The notes under the pieces are model-generated. The model ran no database searches and was not told the DNA's origin. It saw nothing but the letters and a program-made list of their open reading frames with translations. A stretch of 63,384 nucleotides of DNA, filler included, from Reclinomonas americana ATCC 50394 (lineage: Eukaryota): assembly GCA_048213135.1 (NCBI GenBank). It is 3 parts of 3 records of this genome, joined end to end, with 100 filler letters (N's around TTAATTAATTAA, not from the genome) between each part and the next. Parts side by side here need not be neighbours in the genome. Positions count along the whole stretch, not along the records: positions 1 to 27,835 come from PS015177.1; 2 more parts are not named here. One strand, 5' to 3'. Both the position numbers and the translations under genes were made by a program. Below are positions 1-11,667 of the stretch, one piece after another (within the stretch, counting starts at the first letter, position 1; the number at the start of each line of letters is the position of its first letter).

Positions 1-270
1 TTCCCTTCACATGGATGTGTGATGGGCACACCGCAGTCGCGGAGCAGTGAGTCGAGCCAGGCCAGGTCGTCCACACAGGCACACAGAGAAAAAGAGAAGT
101 TTGTTGTCCTTTTCGAACACACATATTGCATTTCTGTTGTTCCCTTCACATGGATGTGCAGTTGACGGGCACACTGCAGTCGAGCCAGGCCAGGTCGTCC
201 ATGGCAAAGAGAGAGAGAAGTATGTTGCCCTTTTCGAACACACTTAGATGCATTCATTCCCTTCACACTC
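1..270. repeat. Degenerate ~135-bp tandem repeat (2-3 copies)
   Basis: ttcccttcacatggatgtg...gtcgagccaggccaggtcgtcca...ccttttcgaacac occurs at ~1-120 and ~139-240; ttcccttcaca recurs near 257. Confidence 0.7.
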
Positions 271-521
271 CCCTCCCCACACACTTGACTCGTTCTCGTC
301 GTTATGCTCCTCGTTTCCTTCCATAGAGCGGGAGGGGAAAACACAAACACGCGCACACAAGCATCGAGCAGCAGGAGGTGGTGGAGGAGCAGCTTCGGGA
401 TGCTACACGCAAAACACACACAACCATAAGAAACTATTGGTGCGCGCGCGGACACTCGCGCACACCACTCGACACATAGAGAGACGGAGAGAGAGAGGGG
501 GAGAGGAGTGATAGAAAGGGA

Positions 522-1448
522 TTAGATCTCGTCAAAGTCGAAGGCCTCGTCGGAGCTTTCGCCGCCCGAGTCGGAGGCGAAGGCGTCCATGAGGTCCACC
601 GCTTCGTTGATCTTGGCTGTCTCCGGCAGCTCTCCCCTGCTCTTGAGTGCGCGTGCCTCGTCGGGGGCGTACTTGTGGATGACGTCGGCCTTGTCGTCCT
701 GTGAGGGGGAAGGGAAGGGGTGGTGAGGGGAGGGTGAGGGGNNNNNNNNNNNNNNNNNNNNNNNNNNNNNNNNNNNNNNNNNNNNNNNNNNNNNNNNNNN
801 NNNNNNNNNNNNNNNNNNNNNNNNNNNNNNNNNNNNNNNNNNAAGGAGGGGGAAGGAGGGGAGGGGAAGGGGGAGGGGAGGAAGGGGGAAGGGGGGAAGA
901 GGAGGGGAAGGCAGGAGGAGAACAAGGGCAAGAGGAGAACAAGGGCAATTGGAGAACAAGGGCAAGAGGAGAACAAGGGAAGGAGGAGAACAAGGGCAAG
1001 AGGAGAAGAAGGGCAGGAGGAGGACGAGGGCAGGAGGAGGACGAGGGCAGGAGGAGGACGAGGGCAGGAGGCGGACAAGGGCAGGAGGAGAACGAGGGCA
1101 GGAGGAGAACGAGGGCAGGAGGAGAAGAACAGGGTTAGTGCACAAGAATGACGGCGACAGAGCGACGGCGAGGGAGGAGGGAGAGAACGGACAGAAAAGA
1201 GAAACAGAGTGTGACCTCATTCTGTCTTGCGTCACTGATCACACGACAAGCTGATTTCAACCCCCTCGCAGCTTCCTAAAGGACTGTAGATTAGGAGTGT
1301 GTATGTGCGCATCTGCGAGACGGACGAGAAAAGAAAGAGAAAGAAAGTGAGAGCACAAAGTGGCGTCATTGATCACAGAACGACAAGATATAATCAACCC
1401 CCGCTCTCCAGCTCCAAAAGAACGGTGAGTACGCGTGTGTCTTGCGAC

Positions 1449-1487
<39 letters not shown>

Positions 1488-2584
1488 GAGAGAAAAGAGA
1501 AGAGAGTACGCGTCATTGATCACAGAACGACAAGATAAAATCAACCCCCGCTCTTCAGCTCCCCAAAGAATGGTGAATACACAGTGTACGTGTGCGTCTT
1601 GCGACAGAGAGAGAAAGAGAGAACAGAGAGACAAGGAAGACGAGTACATTTGCATCATTGACCAAAGAACGACAAGATGATTTCAACCCCCAACTCCAAC
1701 TATCCCCCCTCTCTCCAGTGCACCCACATCGCGTGCACAAGCAACACAAAGAGAGACAAGAGTGCGAGAAGAGTGCCCTNNNNNNNNNNNNNNNNNNNNN
1801 NNNNNNNNNNNNNNNNNNNNNNNNNNNNNNNNNNNNNNNNNNNNNNNNNNNNNNNNNNNNNNNNNNNNNNNNNNNNNNNNNNNNNNNNNNNNNNNNNNNN
1901 NNNNNNNNNNNNNNNNNNNNNNNNNNNNNNNNNNNNNNNNNNNNNNNNNNNNNNNNNNNNNNNNNNNNNNNNNNNNNNNNNNNNNNNNNNNNNNNNNNNN
2001 NNNNNNNNNNNNNNNNNNNNNNNNNNNNNNNNNNNNNNNNNNNNNNNNNNNNNNCCTCCTCCCCTCACAATAAAAAGAATCAACAAAACACAACAGAAAT
2101 CCACTCTCATACACACTCATATTCGCCCTTTGTGTGTGTAAAGGGGACACTCACCTGGAAGTCACGCAATCCCAGCAGCACAATGTCTCCCACTTGAATC
2201 CACACCTTCTTTCGCAACTTGCCACGAATGTGACACAATCGCTTCTTCCCGTCAAAGCACTGCGCCTCAAGTCGCCCGTTGCCAAGCATACGCAACACTT
2301 GCGCGTACTCTAAGAGAGACACACAAACACACAAAGAGAGAAAATGAGTGAGACATTTCACACTTGCACACACTGACTTTTGTTTCTTGTCTGTTGTTCC
2401 TCACTTTGCTGTTATGCGCATGTTTCTCTGTGCGTGCCTCTCTCTCAGTGTGTGTGTGTGTGTGAGGAGGTGTCCCTGAAATAGACTGACCTTGGCCTTC
2501 CTCGCGAATGATCAAGTCGCGCTTGACTTCTGAGTGCGAGGTGCGGCTCTTGCTGTTCTTGCCAGTCTTCTTCTTCTTCGGCAT
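522..2584 (-). CDS. eIF1A: Eukaryotic translation initiation factor 1A; 3 exons (2584-2491, 2309-2155, 698-522)
   Basis: The spliced protein contains [42 protein letters not shown]...[22 protein letters not shown] and an acidic tail ending DFDEI. GT-AG introns are in compatible phases. Confidence 0.96.
1225..1700. repeat. Intronic ~140-bp degenerate tandem repeat (4 copies) in eIF1A intron 2
   Basis: Core cat(t)gatcacagaacgacaagat..a(t)caacccc at ~1234, 1367, 1514 and 1655. A purine-rich minisatellite lies next to it at ~900-1130. Confidence 0.8.
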
Positions 2585-2672
2585 TCTTGTCTGCTCTCTT
2601 TGCTGTTGCTTGATAAAATCGGTGTGCGGACAAGTTTGTCCTATGTACATTTGTTTGCCACTTCGTGCCTTT

Positions 2673-4132
2673 CTAACGACTTGATCCGGCACGGACGGGC
2701 GCTTGCTGTTGTTGCTGTTGCTGTTGCTGTTGTTGCTGTTGTTGTGCTTGTTGCATGACGTAGTCCATCAGCGCTCGTTGCTGCTCTTGTTCACTTCGCT
2801 GGGCGAGCTCTTGTGCCTGTGAGATGGGTGGAGGGTGAGTGAGCGGATCGATGGGGAGATGAGGGTTGGGGGATAGTACGCGAATGAGGCAACTCTGGGA
2901 GGAAAGGAAGAGAGGGGAAGAGAACCGAGACCGGACAGGTTCGACAAGCATTGGAAACCACGCAAACGACGAACGAGCGAGGAAAGGAGGAAGGAAGAAG
3001 CGAGAGAACAAGAGAGCAAGAGAGCATGCACCCATTTGCAGACACAGTTGTGCAATCGTTTGCACCTGCCACAGAAGCCAAACAATCCGGCGGCTCAAGC
3101 TCAAAATGCACACCACAACAACGCCAACGACGAACTGGTGGGCGAATGGGAGAGGAAACGAGAGAACAGGCCAACAAGAGAGCGTGCATCTATGTACAGA
3201 CGAGCACAGTTGCACAATCGTCTGCATGTGCCACACAAAGAAACCAGACAAGCCGGATCATGCTCAAAATGCACAGAAAAACACGCCAACGACGAACGGG
3301 GTGGAAGAAGGGGAGAAAGGCGAGAGAAGAAGTTTGCTAGAGAATGTGCGGTTATTTACAGACACGCCTGGCCGCCAGCCGTGCGATCGTCCGCACTTGC
3401 CAGTCAAAAAAAACCGGTCACAAGCTCAAAATGCAACAGACAATACACCAGTCTCTCTCTCTGTCTCTCTCTCTCTCTGTCTCCCTCTCTCTCACGTGGA
3501 TGGTATGAGTGCACTCCCCGTGCACGGTCGCGCGAGCATCATCAACACAGCCACGCGAGCAATCGTCACGAAGAGGTCAAGAACGGATCGAGTCGTGTTA
3601 AAAATGCACCGTGACTTGTCACACGCCACGCACCAGGCACCACAATCAGCGCTCTCTCTGCGTGGAGATAGATCACAAGAGTGCGCTCGCCCTGCACGGC
3701 AGTACGCGCAGAACCGAAGAGCAACGAGGGCAACGAAGAACAATCATCGAGTCATGCTCAAAATGCACCAGACTGTCCGAGACAACACACCAGAACACAC
3801 CAGAAGCCACAAACGGTGCTGCTCCCTCGCTTCTGCCCTGTCTCCTCTCTTGCACGCACATTCTCTCTTCTCTCTCTCTCTCTCTCTGGGAGGATCGTGT
3901 GAGCGAACGCAGTCAAGACCGATCAGAGTCAACATCTGATCGAGTCATGCTCAAAGTGCACTCTGACACGCCACACACGCCACACAGCGCACGCTCGATC
4001 TCTGTGCGTGAGAAGTGATGCAGCAAGAAGAGTGCACACACAGACAAATAGAACAGCAAAAGACTGATGCAATCGCAGCAGACAGACGATGACGCAGTGA
4101 GAGTGTGTGTGCATGAGAGAGAGAGGGGGGGA

Positions 4133-4166
<34 letters not shown>

Positions 4167-4287
4167 GTCTTGCGGTTGAAGTGCATCGTGACGGAGTACT
4201 CCGACAATCACTGCTCCACTTCACCGCGAACAAGAACACAGTCACACTGTCACACAAAGAAGCACTCACTCACGCTCTCTCTCTCTC

Positions 4288-4331
<44 letters not shown>

Positions 4332-4630
4332 CACAAGATGCTCAGATGCACACAACGCGGTGCTCAAACATGACAAATCATCACCACCTCTGTCACAAAC
4401 TGAACAACATTTCACTCTCTCTCTCTCCCCTTCTCTTCTTCCTCTCACACACACAAGCTCACCTGTGCCACTGGCAACGCCACACCCAGCTTGGCATGCA
4501 CTGAGCCAGGCACCACCACAAACTCCGCCTCACCCCGCCTCCCGCGCACCAACCGCTCCTCCTTCCGCCGCCTCCACTCCTCCAACTTCAAGTGCTGCTG
4601 TTGTTGCTGTTGCTGTTGTTGCTGTGACAT
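2673..4630 (-). CDS. Small poly-Q protein of unknown function; exons 4630-4462, probable 12-nt exon 4399-4388, 2817-2673
   Basis: MSQQQ...HLKLEEWRRRKEERLVRG...VAQ|FVTE|AQELAQRSEQEQQRALMDYVMQQ...SSR*; phase-0 GT-AG junctions. Confidence 0.55.
3020..4000. repeat. Intronic ~160-190-bp degenerate tandem repeat
   Basis: Core (cat/caa)gctcaaaatgcac recurs at ~3099, 3262, 3424, 3597 (variant), 3756 and 3949 with partly shared flanks. Confidence 0.75.
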
Positions 4631-4665
4631 GTGTGCGCGCTCACAAGGAGAAGAGGAATGAAGAA

Positions 4666-5160
4666 TGTGGGACAACGGACAGTCGCTCGCCGTTTCGAAC
4701 TGTCCGTTTCGCTCTTTTCTCGATCCGTAAGTGGCATTCGTGCGTGATAAGAACGATGCCTCGTAGGCGATCCTCTCCTCTTCTGCATTCTGCATTCAGC
4801 CTTCGTTTTTGTGCTTGGTGGACAACGGACAGACGCTCGCCGTTTCAGGACTGTCCATTTCGCTTTTACTCGCTACCACAATTGCATTCCTGATACTGAG
4901 AACGCAGCATACTAGGCAATCCTCTCCTCTTCTGCATTCTGCGTGCATCCGTCGTTTTTGTACTTGGTGGACAACGGACAGTCGCTCGCCGTTTCAGAAC
5001 TGTCCGTTTCGCTCTTTTCTCGATCCGTAAGAGGCATTCGTGCATGATTAGAACGATGCCTCGTAGGTGATCCTCTCCACTACCCCATTCCGCGTTCATT
5101 CATGGTTTTTTCATCCTCGGCGAACACGGACAGAGAATTCGAATTCGAAGAACTGTCAAT
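4666..5160. repeat. ~151-bp tandem repeat (3 good copies, 1 decayed), each with internal inverted repeats
   Basis: ggacaacggacagtcgctcgccgtttc..actgtccgtttcgc at ~4670, 4819 and 4969, with a decayed copy near 5126. Confidence 0.85.
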
Positions 5161-5371
5161 ATCCCTTTTTTTCTCACCATTAACGTTCCTGCATACCGTG
5201 CGTTGAAGCCGCCTGCATTTGCTTCTCTCATCCTCCACAAACTGTGACTCCATTCACTTCGATATTTGGAGGACAGTGGCGCTCGCTCTGTCCCACACTG
5301 TCCATGTCGTTGCTCTCTTCATTGNNNNNNNNNNNNNNNNNNNNTACGACGTACGTACGTCGTACGTGTCG

Positions 5372-5375
<4 letters not shown>

Positions 5376-5463
<88 letters not shown>

Positions 5464-5570
5464 TCTCTCTCTCTCCCTCCCTCCCACTCACTCACTCACT
5501 CTCTCTCTCTCCCTCCCTCCCACTCACTCACTCACTCACTCACTCACTCACTCACTCACTCACTCACTCA
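5376..5570. repeat. (CA)n and (CACT)n microsatellites
   Basis: Directly visible simple repeats. Confidence 0.95.
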
Positions 5571-5581
5571 CTGGCACACAG

Positions 5582-8500
5582 TCTCGTTCTGTGAGCAACA
5601 AGCATGCGGTGCTGGAGTTTGCGAGTCGCCCGGGAGCGGCGGGCGGAGGTTATGTGGCCACACTGACCGACTGCAACTCACGCAACGCCACCTTTGTGAA
5701 CGAGCGACGCATCTCTGGCACCTCGGCGGTCGTGCAGCATGGCGATCTGCTGCGATTTGGCTTTGATAATGGTGCGATTTGGTGGAAGAGAGAGAAAGAG
5801 AGAGAGAGAGAGAGGAGGAGAGGAACAACAACAGCAAGACAACGAGGAGGAGAAGAAGGAGAGGAACAGCCAACGAGGAGGAGAAGAAGAAGGAGGAGAA
5901 GAAGAAGAAGAGCAGCGGCAGCAACAACAAGACAACGAGAAGAGGAGAAGGAGATGGAAGAGGAGAGAGGAGGAGGAGGATAAGGATATGAAGAAGAACA
6001 AGAACAAGAAGTAGAAGAAGAAGAAGAAGAAGAGCAACAGCAAGACAACGAGGAAGAGGAGAAGGAGAACAAAAAGAGCGAATCAACACTGACAGGCACC
6101 TTCTCCACACCCTCCCTCTCTCTCCCCACCCTCATTTCCCTCTCCTCTATCTCCACCCTCCTTGCCCTCTCCCCACCCTTCTTTCCCTCTCCTCACCCCC
6201 TTTCCTCATTCCCTGCCGCATCGCAGCATCATATCGATTTGAGATGTTGCCGGGTCAACGCAGTGGCACCATCGTGGCGACTGCCGCAGCGGCCGCTCGA
6301 GGCCGCCCATCATCGGCATCCGCCTCGCGACCGGCCGTGTCGGCAGTCAACGCAGCGCTGGCGCGTGGTCGTTCGTCGCCGGTGCGTGGCGCCGGTGGAA
6401 AGAAGGCAATTGCGGCACTGGCGCGGCCGCTGATGGCGGGCGAGCCGGAGCGTGTGCACGTGGGCAAGTCGGGATCGGCTGCGGCGCGGCAGGCTGGCGA
6501 GGAGGGTGGAGTGGTGGCCGATGCGTCGTCGTCGGCGTCGGCGTCGTCGGTGCGCGATCTGCCACGCAATGTGCCGCGTGCGTCGCCGTCTCCACTCCGT
6601 CGCATGCAGGATCGCATGCAACAGCAGCAGCAACAGCAACAGCAGGAATCACAGGCCATGGCCATGGGGTCGTACGATTCATCGCCCGACGAATCCAAGC
6701 CGCCACCGATTGCGCCATTTCGACATGCAAGTTGCGCCTGTCGCAGCCGCAGTCATGCGGCGTCTCTCTCCATGCACTCATCCTTTCGCGCGACTGCAGG
6801 TCGGAGCCGCGAACCACCCGCGCACTCCATCTCCTTCCCCACAGCAGCCGGTACGTCGTACTATGCCGGCGATATGCAGGTGGTGGAGGGGCCGACGACC
6901 GTGATGAATATGCCGCCGCCTGGCGATGCGACCAGCACCGCTCCTTCCGCTCCCACCACTCCCGTCTTGGCACCAGCAACAGCACCACCTCCCGCCTCTG
7001 TCCCATTGCTCACTGATTCGGCCTACGTGGCCGGATTGCACGAGCAGAGGGCGCGGGCCGAGGCGGAGGCACGCATGCTGCGCGAGCGGGAGCTGGAGGA
7101 TTTGAGACGGCGGGCATCGCTGGCGGAGACCAAGGACACACAGATGAATATGCAGCAGCGCAAGGTGGATGAGCTGCAGGCGCGTCTCGATCGGTTGGAG
7201 AGCTCGGGGAATCTGCAGGAGGCGCTAATGGCGCCGCCGTCACCTCCACTGAGATCCATGACACCGCCACGCATGATGTCGCCGGTGTCCAAGGCAGCCA
7301 CTCCGGGTTCGGTGCCGGTGCTGATGGATCAATCCAGCATGCGCCGACTGCAGGAGGTGTGCGAGCAGGCGCACGATTTGCGTGCGCACCTGGAGCGTGT
7401 GGCGTCGCAGACGTCGGAGATTCAGCGACGCGAGCCCAGTGTGCAGAGTCGATGGTGTGTCTATGTCACTGTCCACTCGCTTGCCTGTCAAGTGTGCCAA
7501 CACTTCTCGTCCGTGCAGGTCTGATGGCAGTGGATTTGGCGGCGTTGGCGGCGGTGGTGGTGACATGGGCGAGGACGAGAATCCACTATCCATGTTGGTG
7601 GACCTGCAATCGGCGCTAACGGCGGCTCGTGATGCACTGGCCATGCAGGAGCAGGTGTGCGCGACCAGAGAGATGCACACAAAGACGTACCTGATCTCTG
7701 ACGACAAGATTTGTTGGTGCAGATGAACAAGGAGCGCGAGGCGGCGGAGGAATGGAAAAAGGCCAGTATGCGCGAGTCTGGCATTCAAGTGGACACCATG
7801 CAAGCCGATCGCAAGGCTCTGGTCGACAAGAGTCTGGCACTGCGCTCGTTCATTTCGTTGCGCACTCTCACTTTGTCTCACTATGCGTGCATGCCGCGGT
7901 CACTGACACGACTGTGCACTGCAGTGATTTGCAACGCGACAATCAGAGATTACGCGTGGATGTGTACACATTGAACAGGCAGGTGGAGGGCTTGCGACGA
8001 GACCAGTCGGCACAGCGGACCGTGGCACTGAAGAAGGCGCTGCGGAAATGTCGCAAGGAGTTGTCGATGACGGAGGCTGAGGTGAGGGTGAACGAGAGAG
8101 TGATGGAGTGGAGAGACTCGGAACTGAATGAGTTCATGCTGGCAGTTGGAAACCATTTACGGTACGATGCGGGAGGAACACGGGGAACTGAGTGTGGCGC
8201 AAGCTAAGGAGATTGCTCGCTTGCGTAAGTTGATTGAAGAGTTGGTGAGTACGCTCTTCGCCCTCCAATATTTTGGTGACCTGCGCTGCTCACACTGGCG
8301 ATGGGTGCAGGAAACACGACGCACGCGCTCCGCACGACAATGGTCACGTCTGCGTGAGGACAATGCGCGGCTCACCAGTCGAATTCAGGAAATGGAGACG
8401 GGCGTGCGGGCCCATGTACAAACGGCGGAGGCGCATGTGGCTCGTGCCGACCGCACCATTGCTCATTTGCACGCTCAGCTTGCTGATGTTGCGTCGAATG

Positions 8501-10329
8501 TGCAGTGTGTGTGGATGAATGAGTTGCTAAAGTGGAAGTGTTTCTCTGCGTGCAGATCAGCGGCTCTGGGGACGATGCGCGCATGGCAGCCGCAGAGGTT
8601 CTGGCGGAGGAACTGGACTCGCTGGTGAGTTCCTCTTCCTCTCTATTTCTTTCTTTATCTCTTGCTTTCTTTCTTCTTCCCATGTATCATTACTTTTTGC
8701 TCGCTCTCCGCGTGTCGCGTCTCTTTATCAACATGTCGCCTCCCGTGAGCCTCTCTCACTTTGCTACCGCATCAGCGCGAACAACTGAGCGACGCACACA
8801 ACATGAGATTACGGGCCGAGACCGAAGTGCAGCTGTCGGAGAGTCGCGTCCGCGAGTTGCATCACGAGCTGGAGAGTGTGCGAGGTTCGTGGCTCCCCTA
8901 TTTTCACCATTGCTCTTTGCCTTCCTCACCTCCCTTCTCGCCCGGCAGCCTCCATGCGTGCCGATCGTGTGCCCCAGCTGGAGAATCTCGTCGAGGAGCT
9001 GCGCAGCGAGGGCTCGCCCGAGCGCATCCTGGCTCTCACCGAGCAACTGAAGGCCGCCCACGCCGAAGTGGCCGATCTGCAGGGCAAGAGTGCATTCCTC
9101 ACGGGCGAGTTGAGGAGAGCGCTGGCTCGCGAGAGTGGCAACATGGAGACGGACGAGCCGTTTGAGCTGCTGTGCCGCGTGGTGTCGGAGCAGGAGCAGC
9201 AGATCCGCCGACTCAACAACACGATCAAGACACTGCAGAACCGGCGGCAGGACTGGGCGCAAGAGCTCTCCATTGGTCGCACACCGGATGGCGAATTCTT
9301 TTCGTCTTCGGGCGCGAACGCGGCCCTTACGCCACTGACGGGCGCCGACGGCTCCGGCAGTGGCAGTGGCAGTGGCAGCGGGAGTTTGCGACCACGCTCG
9401 GCCTCGGCGCCGCGCTCGCGTTCCACGTCGCCCACGTCGTCGTCGGTGCTCGGTCCGCCCTCTGGAGCCATGATGCGGCATCAGGTACTGCGAGGGCGCG
9501 TGCACCATTATTTTCATTCTTTTTGTTTGTGCTCACCACCGTTGCACCACAGCGAGAACGATCGTCGTCGCGTGCGCAAACCGTGTCACAGCTGCTCGCC
9601 TCGTCGCAGTACAAGCCACGCCCCGGTTCACCCCCCGGCCTGCCGCCGTTTGCTCGCAGCGGCATTCCGACCCGCATGCGCGGTCGCGGAAACGGCAAGA
9701 GTCCGCTGGACGACATTTTGGAGTCGTACGGCACCACGTCGGTCGAGCCGGAGGCCGGTGCGGTGAACGGCGGTCGTGCGGGAGGTGGCGGCAGGAGTAG
9801 TGGCAAGCCAGCGTGGGCAGCCGGCAGTGGTGGCGCCGACGAGGACGCACGGGGAGTCGGCGAGGACCGTGTGGTCGACTCGGACGATGAGTTTGACGAT
9901 GTCGACGGCGACGACGCCATGTCGGAGACCGACCGGCAACACCTGCTGCACTCGCTCGGCGTACTGCCTTCGCAGTCGGGCAAGCCAGCCAGCAGCACGC
10001 TGCCACGGTGGCGATCGAATGCAAAGAGCGACAGCCTCGGAGGCACGACAGCAGCAGCAGGAGGAGGTGGAGGCAAGGGCGGACAGCGTGAGCTCGACGG
10101 ATTCAGCGTCGACTACGAGGACGACGACGACGAGGGCGGTGGCGAAATGGCGCGACCGTCGCTGGGCACAATCACCGGTGCAGTGTCGGTGCCGTCGCTC
10201 AGACCACCACCATCGCTCGGCGCCACGTTGACTGGCGGACCCTCAGCACCACCACCCGCTGTGTCAGGCACCCGTGTGAACACTGCTCGTCCGGCCTCGC
10301 AGAGAACGGCGTGGGTCGACGATCTGTGA
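5582..10329 (+). CDS. FHA-domain, long coiled-coil, low-complexity protein (FHAD1-like architecture); first exon not located
   Basis: FHA motifs SRSVSNKHAVLEF...LTDCNSRNATFVNERRI...GDLLRFG (5582-5771), followed by in-phase GT-AG exons with heptad-rich sequence; ends WVDDL* at 10329. Confidence 0.8.
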
Positions 10330-10410
10330 GCAACGAGTGAAAACGGCGATTGTACTCTACGTCCTCTGTCATACACACGCACACGCTGACACACGACACT
10401 CAAGGCAGCA

Positions 10411-11082
10411 ATGGACGACTCTCTCCTCCTCAACCCCACTCCACAGGTGGTGGATCGCAGCACACGCGAGCTGCCCTCCGACACACGACATCCCAATCAC
10501 CATCCCAACGCAGCCATTGATCCGTGGGAAGTCTATGGTAACGCGCACGCATGAGAACGAGAGGAAAGAAAGAGAGACACTGACGACGAGTGGCATGCAG
10601 ACGTGATTCGTCGCATTCGCGATCCCGAGCACTTGCACTACTCGTTGGAGGATCTGTCTGTGTTGGACGAGAAGGCAAGAGACGCACGCACTCTCTCCTC
10701 TGCTTCACATGCCACTCACTCACTCGCATACAGTGGGTGGGCACGGGATCCGATTTCTCTCCGCACGACGTGTGCATCTCGTTCAAGCCGACCACGCGAC
10801 GCTGCTCACTCGCCACCACCATTGGACTGTGCATTCGTGTCAAGCTGGAGAGGTACTTGGGTCGCGCGTTCAAGATCGACTTGCGCCTCGTGCCGGACTC
10901 GCACGATGCAGCTGCCGATGGTTTGTTAATTGCAGCTTCTTTCCCCCATGGCCAATTGCAAGCTGCGTTGACTGAGGGCAAACATGGCAGTGGAACGGCA
11001 GATCAATGACAAGGAACGTGTGGCGGCGGCCATGGAGATGGACGGGCTGGCGGAGCTGGTGGAGCAGTGCATCGGTGACTGA
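10411..11082 (+). CDS. CIA2: Cytosolic Fe-S assembly factor of the CIA2/FAM96/MIP18 family; 4 exons
   Basis: Spliced sequence has EVYDVIRRIRDPEH..SLEDLSV, FKPTTRRCSLATTIGLCIRVKL and RQINDKERVAAAME, all family hallmarks. The intron at 10675-10733 is GC-AG. Confidence 0.9.
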
Positions 11083-11367
11083 GACATTTGGTTGCAACTT
11101 CGAGACTTTTCCGCGATTCGCAGCTGTGCACGTGGCGGAGCAGTCGCCCAGCTGCTTGCATTGCGCAGTTGCCATCTGTGCGAATGCGAGGGGAAACCTC
11201 AGTGGAGCTGCATTTGGATCCAGCGAAGGTGGGAGCCACATTTAGATCCTGTCGGTGAGGACATTTAGCGCGCGCGACAGGCGCTCGTTTCGTTCACAAC
11301 TCGTTCTGAGAGAGCACACACACACACCCTTCCCTCCTCCGCCCTCCTTCCCCACCCCAGCAGCACA

Positions 11368-11667
11368 ATGGAGTCAGCCTCTGTCGACCTCTTTGATGTG
11401 CGCAAGGAGCGCGATGCTCCGCGCAAGGACAGGTACCGCAACGGCGGAAAACACGCCTGCCATCGCTCCGTCTCCTACAAGAGCCCGCACTCGCGATGGG
11501 GCCGGCGGAGTTCGGATGGCCGTCGCAGCAACCGCGCCCTCCACGATCGGATGCTCCACGATGAGCGGCGCACTCACCTGCGCGACCTGGTGCGCGATGT
11601 GGGCAGCGTCGACGCCGCCTACAACGTGCCTATGGTGGCCCGCATCATGTCGCCGGACCGCTACTAA
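11368..11667 (+). CDS. Hypothetical 99-aa basic protein, single coding exon
   Basis: Uninterrupted ORF with GC-rich third positions and a caATGg start context, in an otherwise empty gap between genes. No family recognised. Confidence 0.5.
   Translation: MESASVDLFDVRKERDAPRKDRYRNGGKHACHRSVSYKSPHSRWGRRSSDGRRSNRALHDRMLHDERRTHLRDLVRDVGSVDAAYNVPMVARIMSPDRY

Noticed and set aside
284-324. Possible first exon (MEGNEEHNDENE) of a minus-strand gene running off the window
   Set aside because: Too short to support, and no downstream exon is identifiable in the window.
4666-5160. CRISPR-like reading of the hairpin repeats
   Set aside because: Whole 151-bp units are duplicated with no unique spacers, there are no cas genes, and the context is eukaryotic.
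5345-5376. Perfect palindrome tacgacgtacgtacgtcgta
   Set aside because: It sits at a contig edge beside a (CA)n run and is made of TACG cycles typical of low-quality pyrosequencing read ends.
6255-10076. Long antisense ORFs over GC-rich exons (also 42830-43537 and 46463-47278)
   Set aside because: These are shadow frames of the real coding strand, with no recognisable motifs.
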